Below are positions 1-13,373 of a stretch of DNA of 64,000 nt, piece by piece. The notes beneath the pieces are model-generated. The model saw only the letters and a list, made by a program, of their open reading frames with translations, made no database searches and had not been told where the DNA came from. The DNA comes from Psammoneis japonica (taxonomy: Eukaryota). The stretch is taken from the NCBI GenBank assembly GCA_008632985.1, contig QPGO01000010.1, positions 62,001 to 126,000 of the forward strand, written 5' to 3'. The first letter of the stretch is position 1, and every line of letters starts with the position of its first letter. The translations under genes and the position numbers were made by a program.

Positions 1-2117
1 TGCTTGTTAAAGCGCTTAAAGGTGACTTGTATTGCCAAAGCTGCGGATTTCTTGGTTACAAAGTTTCGAAATGCACTCTGAATTGTCACAGCAGCAGCAT
101 TCTTGGCAGCAGCACGTTTCAGGATGCATCGAAAGGCAAGCTGGATCGTTTTAACTGCACTGATCTGTTTACGGATCATGCACCATCTTGCTGCCCTTTT
201 CTTTTCGCGACGCTCCTCTGCGGCGCGTCTGTTGGTCTCTTTCATGGTCGCGTTGCTGGCCAGCATGTTTTGCTTTTGGGGGTGAACCTTCCTGCGCGGC
301 TTTCGTTTGTTAACAGGCTTGCGGGTATCCCCGTCATTCGTTGAAGATAAGAGTCCCTGCGGATCATTGATCGGAGCGGGACTGGGATTCCCGTCACGCT
401 GGATCGTTTTAACTGCTCCGATCTTTTCACGACCCATGCACCATCTTGCTGCCCTTTTCTTTTTGCGACGCTCCTCTGTGCATCGTTTGTTGGTCTCTTT
501 CAAGGTCGCGTCACTGGCCAGCATGTTTAGCTTTTGGGGGTGAACCTTCCTGCGCGGCTTTCGTTTGTTCACAGGCTTGCGGGCATCCCCGTCATTCGCT
601 GAAGATAAGAGACCTTGCGGATCATTGATTACAGCCGGACCGGGATTCTCGTAAGATTGCTCTGCCGTTGGAACCATATTCGGCGCATCCGACGGGACCG
701 ATGGGGGTTTGTTGTCACTAGCTTGAGCTTCCAGGACTGTTGAGGCATCCGACGATGGGCCGCGACTTTCCGTTTCTACCGCGCGCAGGGTATCTGACGG
801 AACCAGCAAAGATGTGTCACTGGGCCGACCTGTCCGACCGGTTGATACATCCGTCGATAGACAAGGACCTTCTGTTGGTGCCACAGTTGGTGCCTCCGCG
901 GCGTTGTCCAAACTCTTTTGCACCTCCACGCGAGCCTTGTGCAATTCCCAGCGACTGTGTGCACGTTGGAGCCGTCGACACTTGAAAGACAACGGTTTGT
1001 CATTGGCTCGAGTTTCGATAGGCACATCTTCCTCCGATTCTTCCATGAAGTCATTAGTGTTCTGCCGGGTATTGGTACAAACGTTGGGTCCAATATACGT
1101 AGTCAGTGGCATGGGATACGCATCCCTGCCAGTTGGCGGTGTGTTTGCAGAGTTCTCGTAGCTGGGAATAGTCAACAACACAGAGTGTGCGACCCTGATG
1201 CTTGCCAATGTGTTCGTAGAGTTCTGGTGGCTAGGAAAAGTCAATGACATAGAATGTGCGACCCTACCACTTGCAAGCGTGTTCGTAGAGTTCTCGTTTC
1301 TGGGATGAGTTTGCGTGGTGGTCAACGAACGCGAGGAGGTTGGACGCGGGAACGTGAGGACCGCCTTGGCAACAATACAAGGACCGGTTGTTGTGCCATT
1401 TTGCCCAAGTAGAATGCTTGCTTGTACGCTTGGAAGTATCGATTGCCACTTCTTGAGAGTTTCAAGTACAGCCGTCTCAAAATCGTCGGGATCGGCGTCG
1501 CACGAGCCAGGCTTAAAGACGAGTTCAACGCCGGCGCAAACAACGGAGCTTGTATAAAATAAAACGCCCGCGCGGTTGATCACACCAGTAAAAGTAGGGG
1601 TCATTCTCGTCATGTAGGATGGAAAATAGTCCATGACAGCCTGGGTGGATCCTTGATAGGTCGTGGACGGAAACTTGAAAATCGGCTCGACTCGAGTTTT
1701 GGCGGCAAGGCGCACGAGCTTCTCGATGGACGATTTGAACCAAGCGTAGGGCGACTTGAAGTACACAACGTTGACATTGGAGTATGGAACAATCGACAGA
1801 GTCTCTGGGGTTGTCGGGGTTAGAATGAGTTGGGTCCTTCCCGTTTCCTCATCGTCGAAAAGCTTCTTCGAGATCGGTTCCAACGCGAGAAAGACGGAAA
1901 AGGCGGCAAGGACGCGGTTGCTGACCAAAGCGATGACACAGCCAATGACGCAGCAGAGAGAACAATAAAGATCAAAAGGGTGACTGACATGGTTGATGTA
2001 GGTTGGTGCTTGCGTTGTCAAAAGACCAGGAGTCTGTGTTGTGAGCGCTTGAGCGTGGGAGATTTTCTGTTCCGATTTTGCGAGTTCTGATGGTTCAGTA
2101 CCAAGGCTACAGGGGTT
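1..2117 (-). CDS. Large protein with IQ (calmodulin-binding-like) motifs and an internal 86-aa tandem repeat; 3' end lies beyond the window; start uncertain
   Basis: Manual translation gives a stop-free minus-strand frame from about 2117 to base 1, absent from the ORF track because it has no stop in the window. First in-frame ATG is at 1634. The end reads AVKTIQLAFRCILKR / AAVTIQSAFRNFVTKK / AALAIQVTFKRF. Confidence 0.6.
140..629. repeat. Two-copy 258-bp tandem repeat, in frame within the IQ-motif ORF
   Basis: gctggatcgttttaactgc...gcggatcattgat occurs at about 140-371 and 398-629; the period is 258 bp = 86 codons. Confidence 0.9.
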
Positions 2118-4044
2118 CTACGTACGAGATTTTGAAATTCGGTTTGGCACGTTTTTTTTTGTGATCGAAACCTCACGAGAATGATTTCCTCTTCCCCAGA
2201 GCAGAGATGGCCAGTGCCGAGAGGCTCGTGACGCATTCGACTCTTTTGACTGCCTGGTGATGATTTGATGGCTCCGACACGTTGTCGTTGCTACAATATG
2301 CCTACGCACCAACAAAACAACAGTCAAACGCTCCCGGCGTTATCTATCTACTCATTGGAAAAATAATTGATGTGTATTCCGACATCTAACGGGAATCACC
2401 ATACCCATCGTCCTGATCAATTCGGTTGCTTTTCGACGATTTGATGGATCTTTGTGCGGGTACGGAAAGTTCAACATCATTATTTCCTATGTATTCTGCC
2501 TTTACTTTTCTCCTACCCGCTCGAAATAATTATCTCTAGAGTAGGACCTAGGAACTAGAGGCAATTGCATAACGATGTCCGTTTTCGTTGGTTGAGCTTT
2601 TTATTTAGGACTTTTTCTTCACACGGCACTTACTGTAGAGTTCGTCTCTCATAAACTCGAGAGGCTAGGTACCGTATCGTTAGTCGGCCTCACTAATGTA
2701 CTGTAGTCCGGAAGTTCGCTCTCAATGCCACACCTTTGATAGATTGGGGCGCTCCAATGTCTCCAAACGTTTCAAACTGGGAACTGCATGCTGCACTTTC
2801 CCAGACAATGGGTTCGCTGTATGCGACCGGACTCGAAATCCAAAAAAGTTGCAATTGATTGTAACCTCTATATTGTTTGTTATTTTGCAATTTCACTCTC
2901 TAGTCAAACTTGTGTTGATTGACACGACTCGCTCTGTTTTCTCCCTCCAACAGCTCTACTCTGTTTACTTTATTCGTACCTCTAGAATGATTTGTGCCGG
3001 CATTGCAAAAGAGCAGGTGAACGAGAAGAAATACGGTGGTGGCAGAAGACGTTTCACGGGTCTCGATGCTAGCTAGTTCATGTACAAATGAGCAAACTAT
3101 TTCATTGTCGCGCTGTGTGCTCGTCTACTCTGCGTAGTCACGGTGAAGCGTGCGTGTCAATGTATGCAGCTTGCTTGCAGCAGTTTCTCTAGCTAGCTAG
3201 AGAGAGAGTCTAATCGCAATCTAGCTAGCTAGGCTCTCAGTAGCTACAGTACTGTAGCTATCTATGTCGAGATTGACAGTAATGATGCCACCCATTCACC
3301 CATCTCTGGCTCTTCCTCGTGCAACTGAAGTCTTTAGAACTACTTCAACGGACGATACGACGTACGACAAAATCAAATAAGAGCGAAGCAGGATTTTCTT
3401 GCAGTAGGACGCACAGTAGCAGCAGGAATGTCATCAGATCTTTGGTGGGTGCAAGTTGTGGCACGGGCAATGATTAGCTGCGAGGTAAGATGATTCGATT
3501 AATAACGCGATATCCTGACAAGGAGCTACTTCATCCGTTGAGGCACATGGGATTCGACTCTTGTCAAGCTAAACTAGTACGATCTCCATTATCTTGATCA
3601 GGCAAAGGGGTCTCGCGCACCACTCCTGTTGCTGCAACTCTGCGTGAAGCAGTTTCAACGATAGAAAATTCTTCAAAAAATATAATAATATCAACCCTCT
3701 GTCGAGCGTTCGACGGTCTTTTGCGCGATGCTGCCGGTGCAGCCATGTGGCACTTGGGAAAACCTGGTGAATCTCCTAAAACAATCGTATCGCAACTAGC
3801 ATCACGCAAAGTCGCGGGTTCGAGAACTCATGCCTCTAGCTTCGCAGTAGGATTCAATCGCGGGAAGAAGCATACTGGAGTACAAGTTGCATCCTCGTGG
3901 TACCAAGAATCACTAAGTCAGCTCAATGTCTGAAACCAGTCGGGGACACTTGTGAGGTTTAAGATGTCAAACGTCGATTTCTTTCAAAACAACGCACCGT
4001 ATGAGACTGACTCGACGTCTTATCGATCAACGTGATTCCTCAAA

Positions 4045-6958
4045 TTACAACTGCGTTGGTGCAGCACAGGTGGACCAATCCTCTGGCATATGTACAATGG
4101 CAGTGTAAAGATCTTGAAGCAGATGAATGCAACTGCATGCAAACAGCACTCGAGACAAGGGGGTGCGCAAAAGCGTAGAAGCCAACAAGCTCCAAAGATT
4201 GATTCGAAAGAATGTGTACAACGACGTAACAATGGCCAGCACGAAGCAGCCCTCGAGTACCATCATGACTCCAAAGCTTTTCAACACCGTTATAAAGTGA
4301 GAATCAGTCATACCTGACCAACTTGGAAAGACAATGTTGTTTGGCCCGAAACGACAAATAAGACCGAAGAGCGGAGTAGCAGCCATTGTAACCAATCGAA
4401 TCAGAAGTTTGATTGAGAGCGATCGAAATGAATCTGTGATCTCAGGACTGGATAGACGAATTAAAAACTCGTTTCTAATCGAAGACGGACGACGATCGTC
4501 AGGGAGGTGCGATGTCGCTTCTTCGCGAGGATCTCTCTGGCCGTTGCTGATCACCGGACCCTCCACAAGCACACGAACAGACCTCAATACCGTTCCACCA
4601 AAAATCATGTTGAAATCCTGTAGCAGCAGTATAGCTTGAACCAACAAGCAGACAAGGGTACTGTCAAACGTAATCCACAGCTCGCGGTAAAAGCAAAAAA
4701 AGTAAGCACCGAAAAACAAGTCTTGGAAGACGAATAGAGTCTCAAGGTTACCCACAGCTTTTTGTTGTTCTTTAGAACGTTTTGTTGGGGAGACTGTTTC
4801 ATCGTCGAGTCCAAACTCTCGCTTGGCAGCATCAATCATTGCTTTTCCGCATTGACACAATATCTCTTCATAGATTTGAAGAGTAACCATTATTCCCATT
4901 GTGACTTGAGTCGAATCAGCCCCTTTCCGATTGGCAACGAAGGATGCAATGGTAGAACCAACGTATCCCATGAGTGGTAGAACTATAGCCGAAGCCAAAT
5001 AAAGAGACCGAATGGCACGGCGCGGCATTCTTCTATCCGACAGAAAGTACGGAGCAAGGAGAACAGGGACAAACGCAACCACTAAAGCAATGATCCAAGT
5101 GGGGTTTTGATTAATCCAAAGGTTGTTCGCTTTGCAATAGTATAGAAATGCGGCATCGACAAGGCTCGCTACGGAAGCCACCATGTTCCAAATAGGACTT
5201 CCAAGATGTATGTTTGGGTTTGCCAACGGTATCCATTGAATCGGGAAGCACTTAAAAATGGAAGCAGCCATGTGGACACAGATAAAAGTATAAATCATGT
5301 GCCATCCAACGAGAGCATCAAAGGAGACAACCTCTGTGCCGTCAGCTGCTTTATAAGTCAGCGGTAATGCCATCCAAAAGTAAATCACCAAAAACGGAAC
5401 AGACACCACGGATGCCAGCTGCGACAGAGTTTCCGAATCTTGACCTGAGTCAGGTGTGTGAAGATTACAGGGTCCCTCTTAGTTTCATCAGCGCAAAAAC
5501 TACAAGAACACGACCCTACGCCGAACCACTCACCCATTTTCAAGCGTTTAATTGTGGCCATGAGTGGCATGAAAGTATATTCATCGTTTGTGTCCACCAG
5601 AAGCTGACCATACTCGCCTTGGGCACTGTCATTGAAGGCACCACACTTTGCATTCTGACACCGCATAACATTTGAAGAAATCTCTGTGCTACAGCCATAG
5701 CAGATACGACGGTTCTTCGTTTGCACCTTCGTTGTTGACGACGACAAGTACGACTTGAAATCTTTCTTTCCCGTTCCCGCAAAAGCCAAGTATGCCCGAA
5801 AAAATGATCGGAGTTTTGCCCATCGTCTTCGAGTCGCAACCGTGCGAGACCACTCCCCACTTTCTAGCAAGTACCAAAAGAAAGCAAGGAAAGCAGCGCC
5901 GTTCACAGATGCAACATAGACGATTTTCATAGGCGCCCCGACAATCGCCCCGGACACAATAAAGAGTCTGGACGTAACAAACAAGAATGCTGTGTGAACC
6001 AAGACATTCGCCCTATGAAATGCCAAGAACGTGAAAAGAGATAAAGCGTTAGTCGAGTCGATTGACATCAAATGATGGATACAAATAGCAATCCCTAAAT
6101 GTCTTGGTCTTACCATAGCCGGTGTGTGGCAAAATCTTTCTTCCATGCATACCAAAAAGTATTAAACGAAGCTAGATTCCAAAAGGCATTCCACGGTATG
6201 TAAACCATCCATGTGCCATGCAATGCATAAGGTGTAATTCTCCAAGCTAGGACGGATGAAACCATGGAACTTGCGGCAGCGATGCGACCGACCACTCGAT
6301 GATACTTGAGGTACTCTGGACGTCTCGCAACCAACTGGACACTTTCTTTCTGGAAAAAGGCCCCAAACAAGAAAAGCATACTGGGGATGAAATGCGCTAC
6401 AAGTGTCCAGTACTCGTGATGATCCATCCGCAACGGGTTGTTAGGGTCGCTGAGGGATTGTGGAATAACGAAGAATCTCACGAGAACTAAAGCACACATC
6501 ACGACGATGGACACAATAAAGATCTTTCGAATACGAGGATACACCGTACCCCTGGCTTCGAAGCTTGCTTCCAGCTTAAAGGTTTCATAAGGATCCTTGA
6601 TGCGAAGCTTGCTTTGAGATTCAGCTCTAAATTGCTTCAGCCCCGATTGGACTCGTTCCGATGTCGAGACTGATGTACGCTTGACGGATTCCACCGCTTT
6701 GTTACGACCTTTACGCGACACACCAAACAAGGAAGACATGGTGTCGACACTCGGCTCTATCCATACCCTCCTTTTTTCTCTATTCCTGAAGTACAATTGT
6801 TCTCTGTCTGTCGAGAAAATTAGAGACAGAAGAATTCGCCCTTCGCCAGTAGGACTATTCGCCGCAACTTTCACTTTCAACTTATTGCCAGCATCCGCAC
6901 AGCAGACAGCAGGCATCTTCGAAGATGAATGCCCTGCCTTTTGGCGGGAAAAAGTCAT
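4045..6958 (-). CDS. Multi-exon, multi-pass membrane protein with an N-terminal DUF2306-like domain and a small CxxC..CxxxxC zinc-ribbon-like motif
   Basis: ORFs 6110-6958, 5385-6155 and 4045-5409 join in frame through two GT-AG introns (gtaaga...ctaac...catag at about 6112-6013; gtgagt...actcag at about 5533-5446). Contains HFIP...HRVVGR, many hydrophobic segments and CYGC...CQNAKC. The true start may be a later ATG. Confidence 0.65.
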
Positions 6959-7363
6959 GAGAAAAGTGAATATATTTATCCAAGGTTGAGGGATAATAAT
7001 ACTTCCGTTGGACTCTATAACATATACAATTATTTATCTCGTTTAAAAAATCGTCTAGTACATTCTTTTGTATGAGGTACACAACGTCTTTCGGATCGAA
7101 GTGTCCACTATCGAAGCTTTCCGTAATGTATTGTACTCAGAAACGTAATTGAATAACAAATTTGGTAGTCACCCCCTGTACTGCATGACCGTCTCACGTA
7201 GGTTGTCGTATGGATCCTACGGGAAAATGAAAATTTGATGACCTCTTTGTTTGCGTCAACTTCCCATTCGCACTTCGAAGGTGTCATAAAATTGAACTGT
7301 CGTCGTTGTTGCAGCAGCAAGCACTACTCTAGGCACTCCGAATCTTCCAAAGAACTGTTTACA

Positions 7364-7972
7364 ATGAAGACTCAAGATCAAGAACGCAAAGAAGACATGT
7401 TGCAGATTCCTCTTTTGGCTGACGCTGGTTTGATTACTCAATCCACCGGCAACTCCAAGTCTGCTCAGCAGCGGCTGCCCAACGACGATCTTCATTCGTT
7501 GGTGTCTTGGTCAACCGGTATCGGATGCATCCTCGGAGTCATTTCACCTCTTCTTTCCATCTGCGCCACGATTCTCATTGCACAGGTTTGCTTGTATTAC
7601 CACATTACCATTGGAACACGCAAGCCCATTATGATCTTCAGCTTCGCGTGGGGGCTGTTTGTGACGGTTGTGCTTTTCTACGTGCAATACGTTGTCTACA
7701 AGGCGCTCCTCAAGTACTTTAAGGCCGAGAATGTTCACGAAAGCACCCTTGAACTCGTGAGGCTGCGCTTGGCGTTGGGTACTCTTACTGGTATCCTTTT
7801 CTCGTGGGCAGGAACTTGCTTCTCCATGGGATTTGCATTCCTTGACAAGGTCGGACTCATTGCCGGGGGACTCGCCGTCGTTATTTATTACAACGTCCCT
7901 GCCTCTCAAGTGAACGAAGACGATGTCAATGAAGCCGATGAACAAGAGGAGACTGGCACGCTTACGGTTTAA
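7364..7972 (+). CDS. Small 4-TM membrane protein, family copy 1
   Basis: ATG at 7364. Shares PLL, LALGTLTG and an acidic C-terminus ending LTV with ORFs at 9671 and 11721. Confidence 0.75.
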   Translation: MKTQDQERKEDMLQIPLLADAGLITQSTGNSKSAQQRLPNDDLHSLVSWSTGIGCILGVISPLLSICATILIAQVCLYYHITIGTRKPIMIFSFAWGLFVTVVLFYVQYVVYKALLKYFKAENVHESTLELVRLRLALGTLTGILFSWAGTCFSMGFAFLDKVGLIAGGLAVVIYYNVPASQVNEDDVNEADEQEETGTLTV

Positions 7973-9670
7973 TTTTATTCGGGCGTTGTCGAGTAGTGTG
8001 TATATTAAATTTAGCATTAGTTATATTCTTATTGCTGCATGGCATCGCTCCTAACGAGGGTGGGCTGTGAATGGTCCGAAGGGACGTACGTCTCTTTTTA
8101 ATCTGCCTAGCAATTCTCTCTTTAAAAACGGTCAATAAGAGGAGGCATGCTGCTTTTCGTGCAGGTGATTGTGAAATTTGAAGCGTCAACGAGTTGCCAG
8201 ACATGACTCGACCGTTTTGCCCCTCTGTTCTTTCTTCTTCTCCTAACACTCAAGCTGATAGCTATCCCTTGTTTATTCAAAATGGTTTGGTAAATATATG
8301 TTGCCACACTAGAGAGCTCCGATGATAAATGAGGGGATGAAGCGGGTTGTTCAATGTGTCCAGTATTTGAAGGCTTGAGCGCTTTATTGGTAGCTGGTTT
8401 TAGACTTCGCAAAGGAATCGATATTTTTATGCGATGCTTTCAACCATGATTCCTCTCTATTGAGCTGTTATATTTTACGATATTGTACTTATTGCAGACT
8501 AGATTATGGTTTTGAGCCGACACGCGAAACGCGGTGCGTTGAAATCTGAGCTTCAACCTTGCATTGGAAGACTACACTGGCGAAAAATCCAGAGTCTACC
8601 AAGGTTCATGTGAGTCATCTGAAAGGAAACCACCAGGAGACGATACGTATGTGTGCCATCGAGGGAAAGGCATACTATGTTTGGCATCCATATAATATGT
8701 GTGGCTACCGTAGAGTACAGTGAATAGTGAATGCGACGCCAAAGAAGGATGCAGTAGTTGTTTCGGTTGCTAAAAAAGATTGTTTAATCGTGCAAATATA
8801 TCAGAGAGCCGTCCAGCACCAGTGCTTGGGAAGGCATTTATTTTGACTGTTATTGAGCTTAGTGTATGATAGCGGTGGTGGGTCAATTGGTGCGATTTGA
8901 CATTGGGAAAACCTACATGTGCATACATGGAAATTCCGCCTCATTCACCGTTGCAACAGAAAGAGGCATGATAATTTTGTTCCAATGCTAAATAACACAG
9001 CAATTCTTATCCATTCTGCAATGATCATCCGTCCCTTTTGCAATTAAACCAGAAACATCTCCTCCTTTTCTGTAGCTCTTGGCATGTGCTCGTTTACGAA
9101 CAGCTGACGAGCAACTGTGGCACGATCTTCTCCATCTTGGAATAAACTGCTGCATATATTTTACGAAAAATTTCGATGCTTCCTTCCATTTTAGCTAGAG
9201 AGAGGCTACGAGATGAAGATTCACGTGCACATTGCAACGATGCTATGAAAGACCGATAAAATCGTGCCTCGATTTGAAAACATGTGCGTCGTCCCGCCTC
9301 TTGATATTCGCATTATGATCATATTCACCCTTTCAGAAAGCATTAAATTTTCAAAAATTCGAATGGGCAATAGAGGGTGTGGCCTCGGCTGTTCTTCTTT
9401 CGTATAAACATCTTAATCCTTTTGAGTATCATTCAATTTTTAATACAGAATTTTTCTATATGCAAAATAGACTATTTACTTTAATGATCAATAATCCATT
9501 TGTTTAGTAACAAGGTACGTATGCAATGAAACGCATAACGGACGAAGGCTCCACGGCAAAATTCTTTCGATTGTGACGAAATCTCATCACCCTCCTTTTT
9601 CTCTTACTTTACGACACGAGTCGCGTCATAAATTGCACCTCTCATTGTTTGCAAAAGCGTCCTCGACAAG

Positions 9671-10315
9671 ATGTCTCTTTCCAGTAGTAGTGCGTTTCGC
9701 TTCGACATGGACGGCGATGATCCAACGGTGGCGGCCGGCGTGCCCTTATTGAACGATTCCACTGGTCGCAACGAAAGCAAAAAGCGCCACACCATTTCCG
9801 GTGATAACTTCAATCACTTACTCCACTTCACTACTATGCTTGGCTGCTTTTTTGGAGTCCTCGCCGCAGCTTTGACCATCGGTGCCACGCAGTTCCTTGT
9901 TGTCGGTACCTCCTACGTCGAAACAACGGACGAAGTTTTGATCAACCGCCTCTTTTTGTCGTTTGACATTTTTTGGTGCCTTGTTGTCACCTTAATGGCT
10001 AGGCAGGTGATGCACTTCATTGTGATGCAAGCTTTTCGCATCAGCCAAGACGCATGCAATGAAAACTCGTGGCAGATTCTCGACCTTTCCATGGCCATTG
10101 GCACGCTTACGGGTGTGTTGCTTTCGGGAGCAGGCATCTCTTTCTTCCTTGGATACGGTTTTTGGGACAAGGTTATCATGATATTTGGAAGTGTTGCTAT
10201 GGTCATCTTGTGCACGGCACGTGCATTTTGTCTTCGAAACAATGCTGCCGACGTTGTCTACTTGGAAGACGAGGGCACCGAAGAGCTTTCCCGCCCGAAA
10301 TATTTGGTTGTCTAA
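9671..10315 (+). CDS. Small 4-TM membrane protein, family copy 2
   Basis: 214-aa ORF containing VPLL, MAIGTLTGVLLS and WDKV, with an acidic tail ending LVV. Confidence 0.75.
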   Translation: MSLSSSSAFRFDMDGDDPTVAAGVPLLNDSTGRNESKKRHTISGDNFNHLLHFTTMLGCFFGVLAAALTIGATQFLVVGTSYVETTDEVLINRLFLSFDIFWCLVVTLMARQVMHFIVMQAFRISQDACNENSWQILDLSMAIGTLTGVLLSGAGISFFLGYGFWDKVIMIFGSVAMVILCTARAFCLRNNAADVVYLEDEGTEELSRPKYLVV

Positions 10316-10774
10316 TGGGAGATATTTTGATAAGTTCCTTCCTTCCTTCTGCACTCAGACTACTCTACTTAGATATTTTATTTTAGCTGATTTTATTCAA
10401 GAAATCGCATTCTTCAAAGCTTATCGTACCGTTCACCGCCACTTCTTAGACCTTCAAACTCGGTTCGGGTCTCAAAGGGCTTGTTGCTGCCAGTCTGTCT
10501 TCCATGGGCTTTACCGGTATTATATCCGCAAGACAGCTGAAGGATTTCCAATGTATGCCCGCTGTCCATGGGCAGTTGTGCTTGAATATCTCAGACTTGA
10601 TTTCAATACATTGATTATCTCTTTGAGGATGCGATATGCGACCCGACGTACGGGTAAACGTCCGAGAAGCAGCGCACCTACCAGAAGAACCCATTTCCGA
10701 ACGAGCACAAGAAATGTACTACTACCAATTCTTTCCCTATAGAGCTTGAAGATAATTCATATTGCACACTTATA

Positions 10775-11341
10775 TTACAGCCCGGTGGAGAAACCAAGAA
10801 TGCTAATCCCCAGAAGAAGACAGTAACCGATTCCTGTACTCATAGCAAAAATGGATAACAATTGACCAGCCATTCGACTCGTAATGTTGGACTTGTAGCC
10901 AATTGCATAGCTAATGCGACAAGCAGCAATCACCAACATCAAGAGCCCAGCCACATTTGGACGATCAGCTAGAAGTGCCGTACTGAGGATGCTCAGGACA
11001 AGTTGCGGATAGCTTTCGAGAAAGTTCTGGTGGCCGCGTTGGATACAATTGAATAGGACGGCGTTCTTATTGTCGGGGTTTGCATAGAGGTTTGGAAGCT
11101 TCACATCGTATTTAATCCTCGCCAGAACCACGCTTCCACCGAGATATGAGTTGGCATTGGCTATGGCAAAAACTCCTAGTCCCAAAAGACTGTAGCGGTG
11201 GGCATCTTCGTGAAGCAAGCCAGAGAGAAAGGTCTCTACACCTAGCCGTTCAAAGGCCAAGGCAAACGCGATTCCAAGAAAGTTCGGCAGAAAAAAGATT
11301 GGAAAAGGTGCCGGATCGGGAAGACGTTCTGAAGGAGCCAT
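10775..11341 (-). CDS. MAPEG family protein (microsomal glutathione S-transferase 3-like)
   Basis: Motif ARIKYDVKLPNLYA...FNCIQRGHQNFLESYP and a TM pattern typical of MAPEG/MGST3. ATG at 11341. Confidence 0.9.
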   Translation of the reverse strand: MAPSERLPDPAPFPIFFLPNFLGIAFALAFERLGVETFLSGLLHEDAHRYSLLGLGVFAIANANSYLGGSVVLARIKYDVKLPNLYANPDNKNAVLFNCIQRGHQNFLESYPQLVLSILSTALLADRPNVAGLLMLVIAACRISYAIGYKSNITSRMAGQLLSIFAMSTGIGYCLLLGISILGFSTGL

Positions 11342-11720
11342 GAATATGATGTCTTGGGAAAGAAGGCTAAACTCCAAACAGCGTTTTACTACAGTGTCAA
11401 GAATCAAATGCTTTCCTGTTTTATGTCGGAAACAATTTCGAAAATTTACCCGAATCTATTAAACCTCAAGTCATTAAAATATATAAATTTATATTATTTA
11501 TTTTAAAATACGTAGAAGTTATATCAATATTTATTCCTCAATATTGATTATTATTAAAAAACCAATTTTCATGTGCATCGCCAATGAGCTGATTTGTCGC
11601 CACTTTTTTGCGAGCGGACGAAGCGACTTTTCTTTTTATCTCGCTCTTCTTCACTTTTTCGTTTGTTGAGGAGTCCACCAAGCAACATACCGTACACTCT
11701 ATCTCACAGAGAGACTGACT

Positions 11721-12362
11721 ATGAAATCTTCCGTGTTCAAACAGGCGCCCTGCAACAATAAGGAGCCTTTCTCTATATCTATGCCACTCCTGGAGGCAGA
11801 CACTGGTGTCGTTGTAGAGCTTCCAGAGCCGGTAGACGTCGCAACTGGGAACTTGAACATCCCTATCGAATCGCTGAGATCCATGATGCGCTTTATCTCC
11901 ATTGTTGGGTTCTCCATCGGTATTCTCGTTCCTTTTGCCATAATGGAAACCACACTACTCGTTGCCAATTGGTGCAGACGTCTTGACATCGGAATTCCAG
12001 CTCAGCGCGAACTCTTCTTGATTATGGTAATCTTGTGGGGTGTCACCATTATTTTTCTCGCTGCATCAGTCCCATGCATCCCTAGACGGGTCATGTTTCA
12101 GTATTTTGGCATCGAGAAAGTTACGGAAAGACTTGAAGAACATGTGGAGACAAGACTGGCATTGGGTACTCTCGTGGGGGTTCTTATTGCCGAAGTCGGT
12201 CACATCATCGTTTTGAAAAACGGGTTTCTTTCATATGCTGGTTCGGCTCTAGGATGCGCCTTGGTCCTTTCATATTTCTGCTTCCCTTGCCATTCTTCTC
12301 ATCTAGAAGATTTTGAGGATGCGATGTCCGATGAAGAAAAAGACGGCATTCTGGTTGTTTGA
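11721..12362 (+). CDS. Small 4-TM membrane protein, family copy 3
   Basis: 213-aa ORF containing MPLL and RLALGTLVGVL, with an acidic tail ending ILVV. Confidence 0.75.
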   Translation: MKSSVFKQAPCNNKEPFSISMPLLEADTGVVVELPEPVDVATGNLNIPIESLRSMMRFISIVGFSIGILVPFAIMETTLLVANWCRRLDIGIPAQRELFLIMVILWGVTIIFLAASVPCIPRRVMFQYFGIEKVTERLEEHVETRLALGTLVGVLIAEVGHIIVLKNGFLSYAGSALGCALVLSYFCFPCHSSHLEDFEDAMSDEEKDGILVV

Positions 12363-13373
12363 AAGCGACAACGCAGGTTGCCGATTCAAGCAACATTACT
12401 AGAAAAATCAGAGCCCACTGAGACCAAGATAGTGCTCTGCAGATAGGAGTGCCAGAATCGTTGCGATTACCTTAGTAAATTGCAATTGAATGGTCCGTGC
12501 AGACATCTAAGGCTTTCGTTTTTGATTGTGGCGATGTTTTTCTGGTTTGGAATAGCAGGCGAGCCTTTTCCTAATTTCACGTGAAATAGGTTCCATTAGA
12601 CACAACTGTGAACTCCTTGTACCGAACTATTACGGACGCTTCTCACATATGCTGGTTTCTATTGTTGGGATGTTCACTCGTTTGCGCATACACTTCATCA
12701 CCCTGCGAATGTCTCTAAAATAGAGTCTAGGAGAATCGAGAATACTGACAAATCTGTTCATCATTTGCGAGACGTTTCTTGCGCTTGCGTCGATTTCTTT
12801 GATGACGCTGACAGATGCGCAACGTTGCTGGTACTAGGGTAGCCTGTTGCACGTTCTTGGGAGAATCGGAGTGGTGGGAAAATAAAGCCTCTGTAGCTAC
12901 CAGTAGAGAGAGGAACGTTTATCGTAGAATCTAGACTCACCAACTCTCCCTCTCTCTCTTTCCCAAACAACCAAACTCTCCAGCTCTTTATACTCTAGAA
13001 TCTCTCCGGTAAAGAGTGAACTAGAGATTACAATAGCATACGCAAACGAAAAGAGGCGCAAGCTAGAGTCTCTTTAGCTAGAGAGAGAGTAGAGAGTACT
13101 GGGTACGGAGAAGTTCGCGGTTCGCGGAGTCGGACAGTCGAATGGGTCATGGGTCCGCCCGCCGTGCGTCGTCAGCCAGTCTCACAGTCAGTCCATCTGC
13201 CCGTTGATCACATCTTCTCCGGGTTATTTTGAAGCACGACACTCATTCAACGCTCGCGTTCCAAAATTTCTTTTCTTGCATCCAACATCCACAACGCAAC
13301 ATCCGCGTCTTGCACGAACCAAACAAGGTGAAGGGCGGTTCTCGTTGCTGTTCCATGTCATCACAACAAAATC

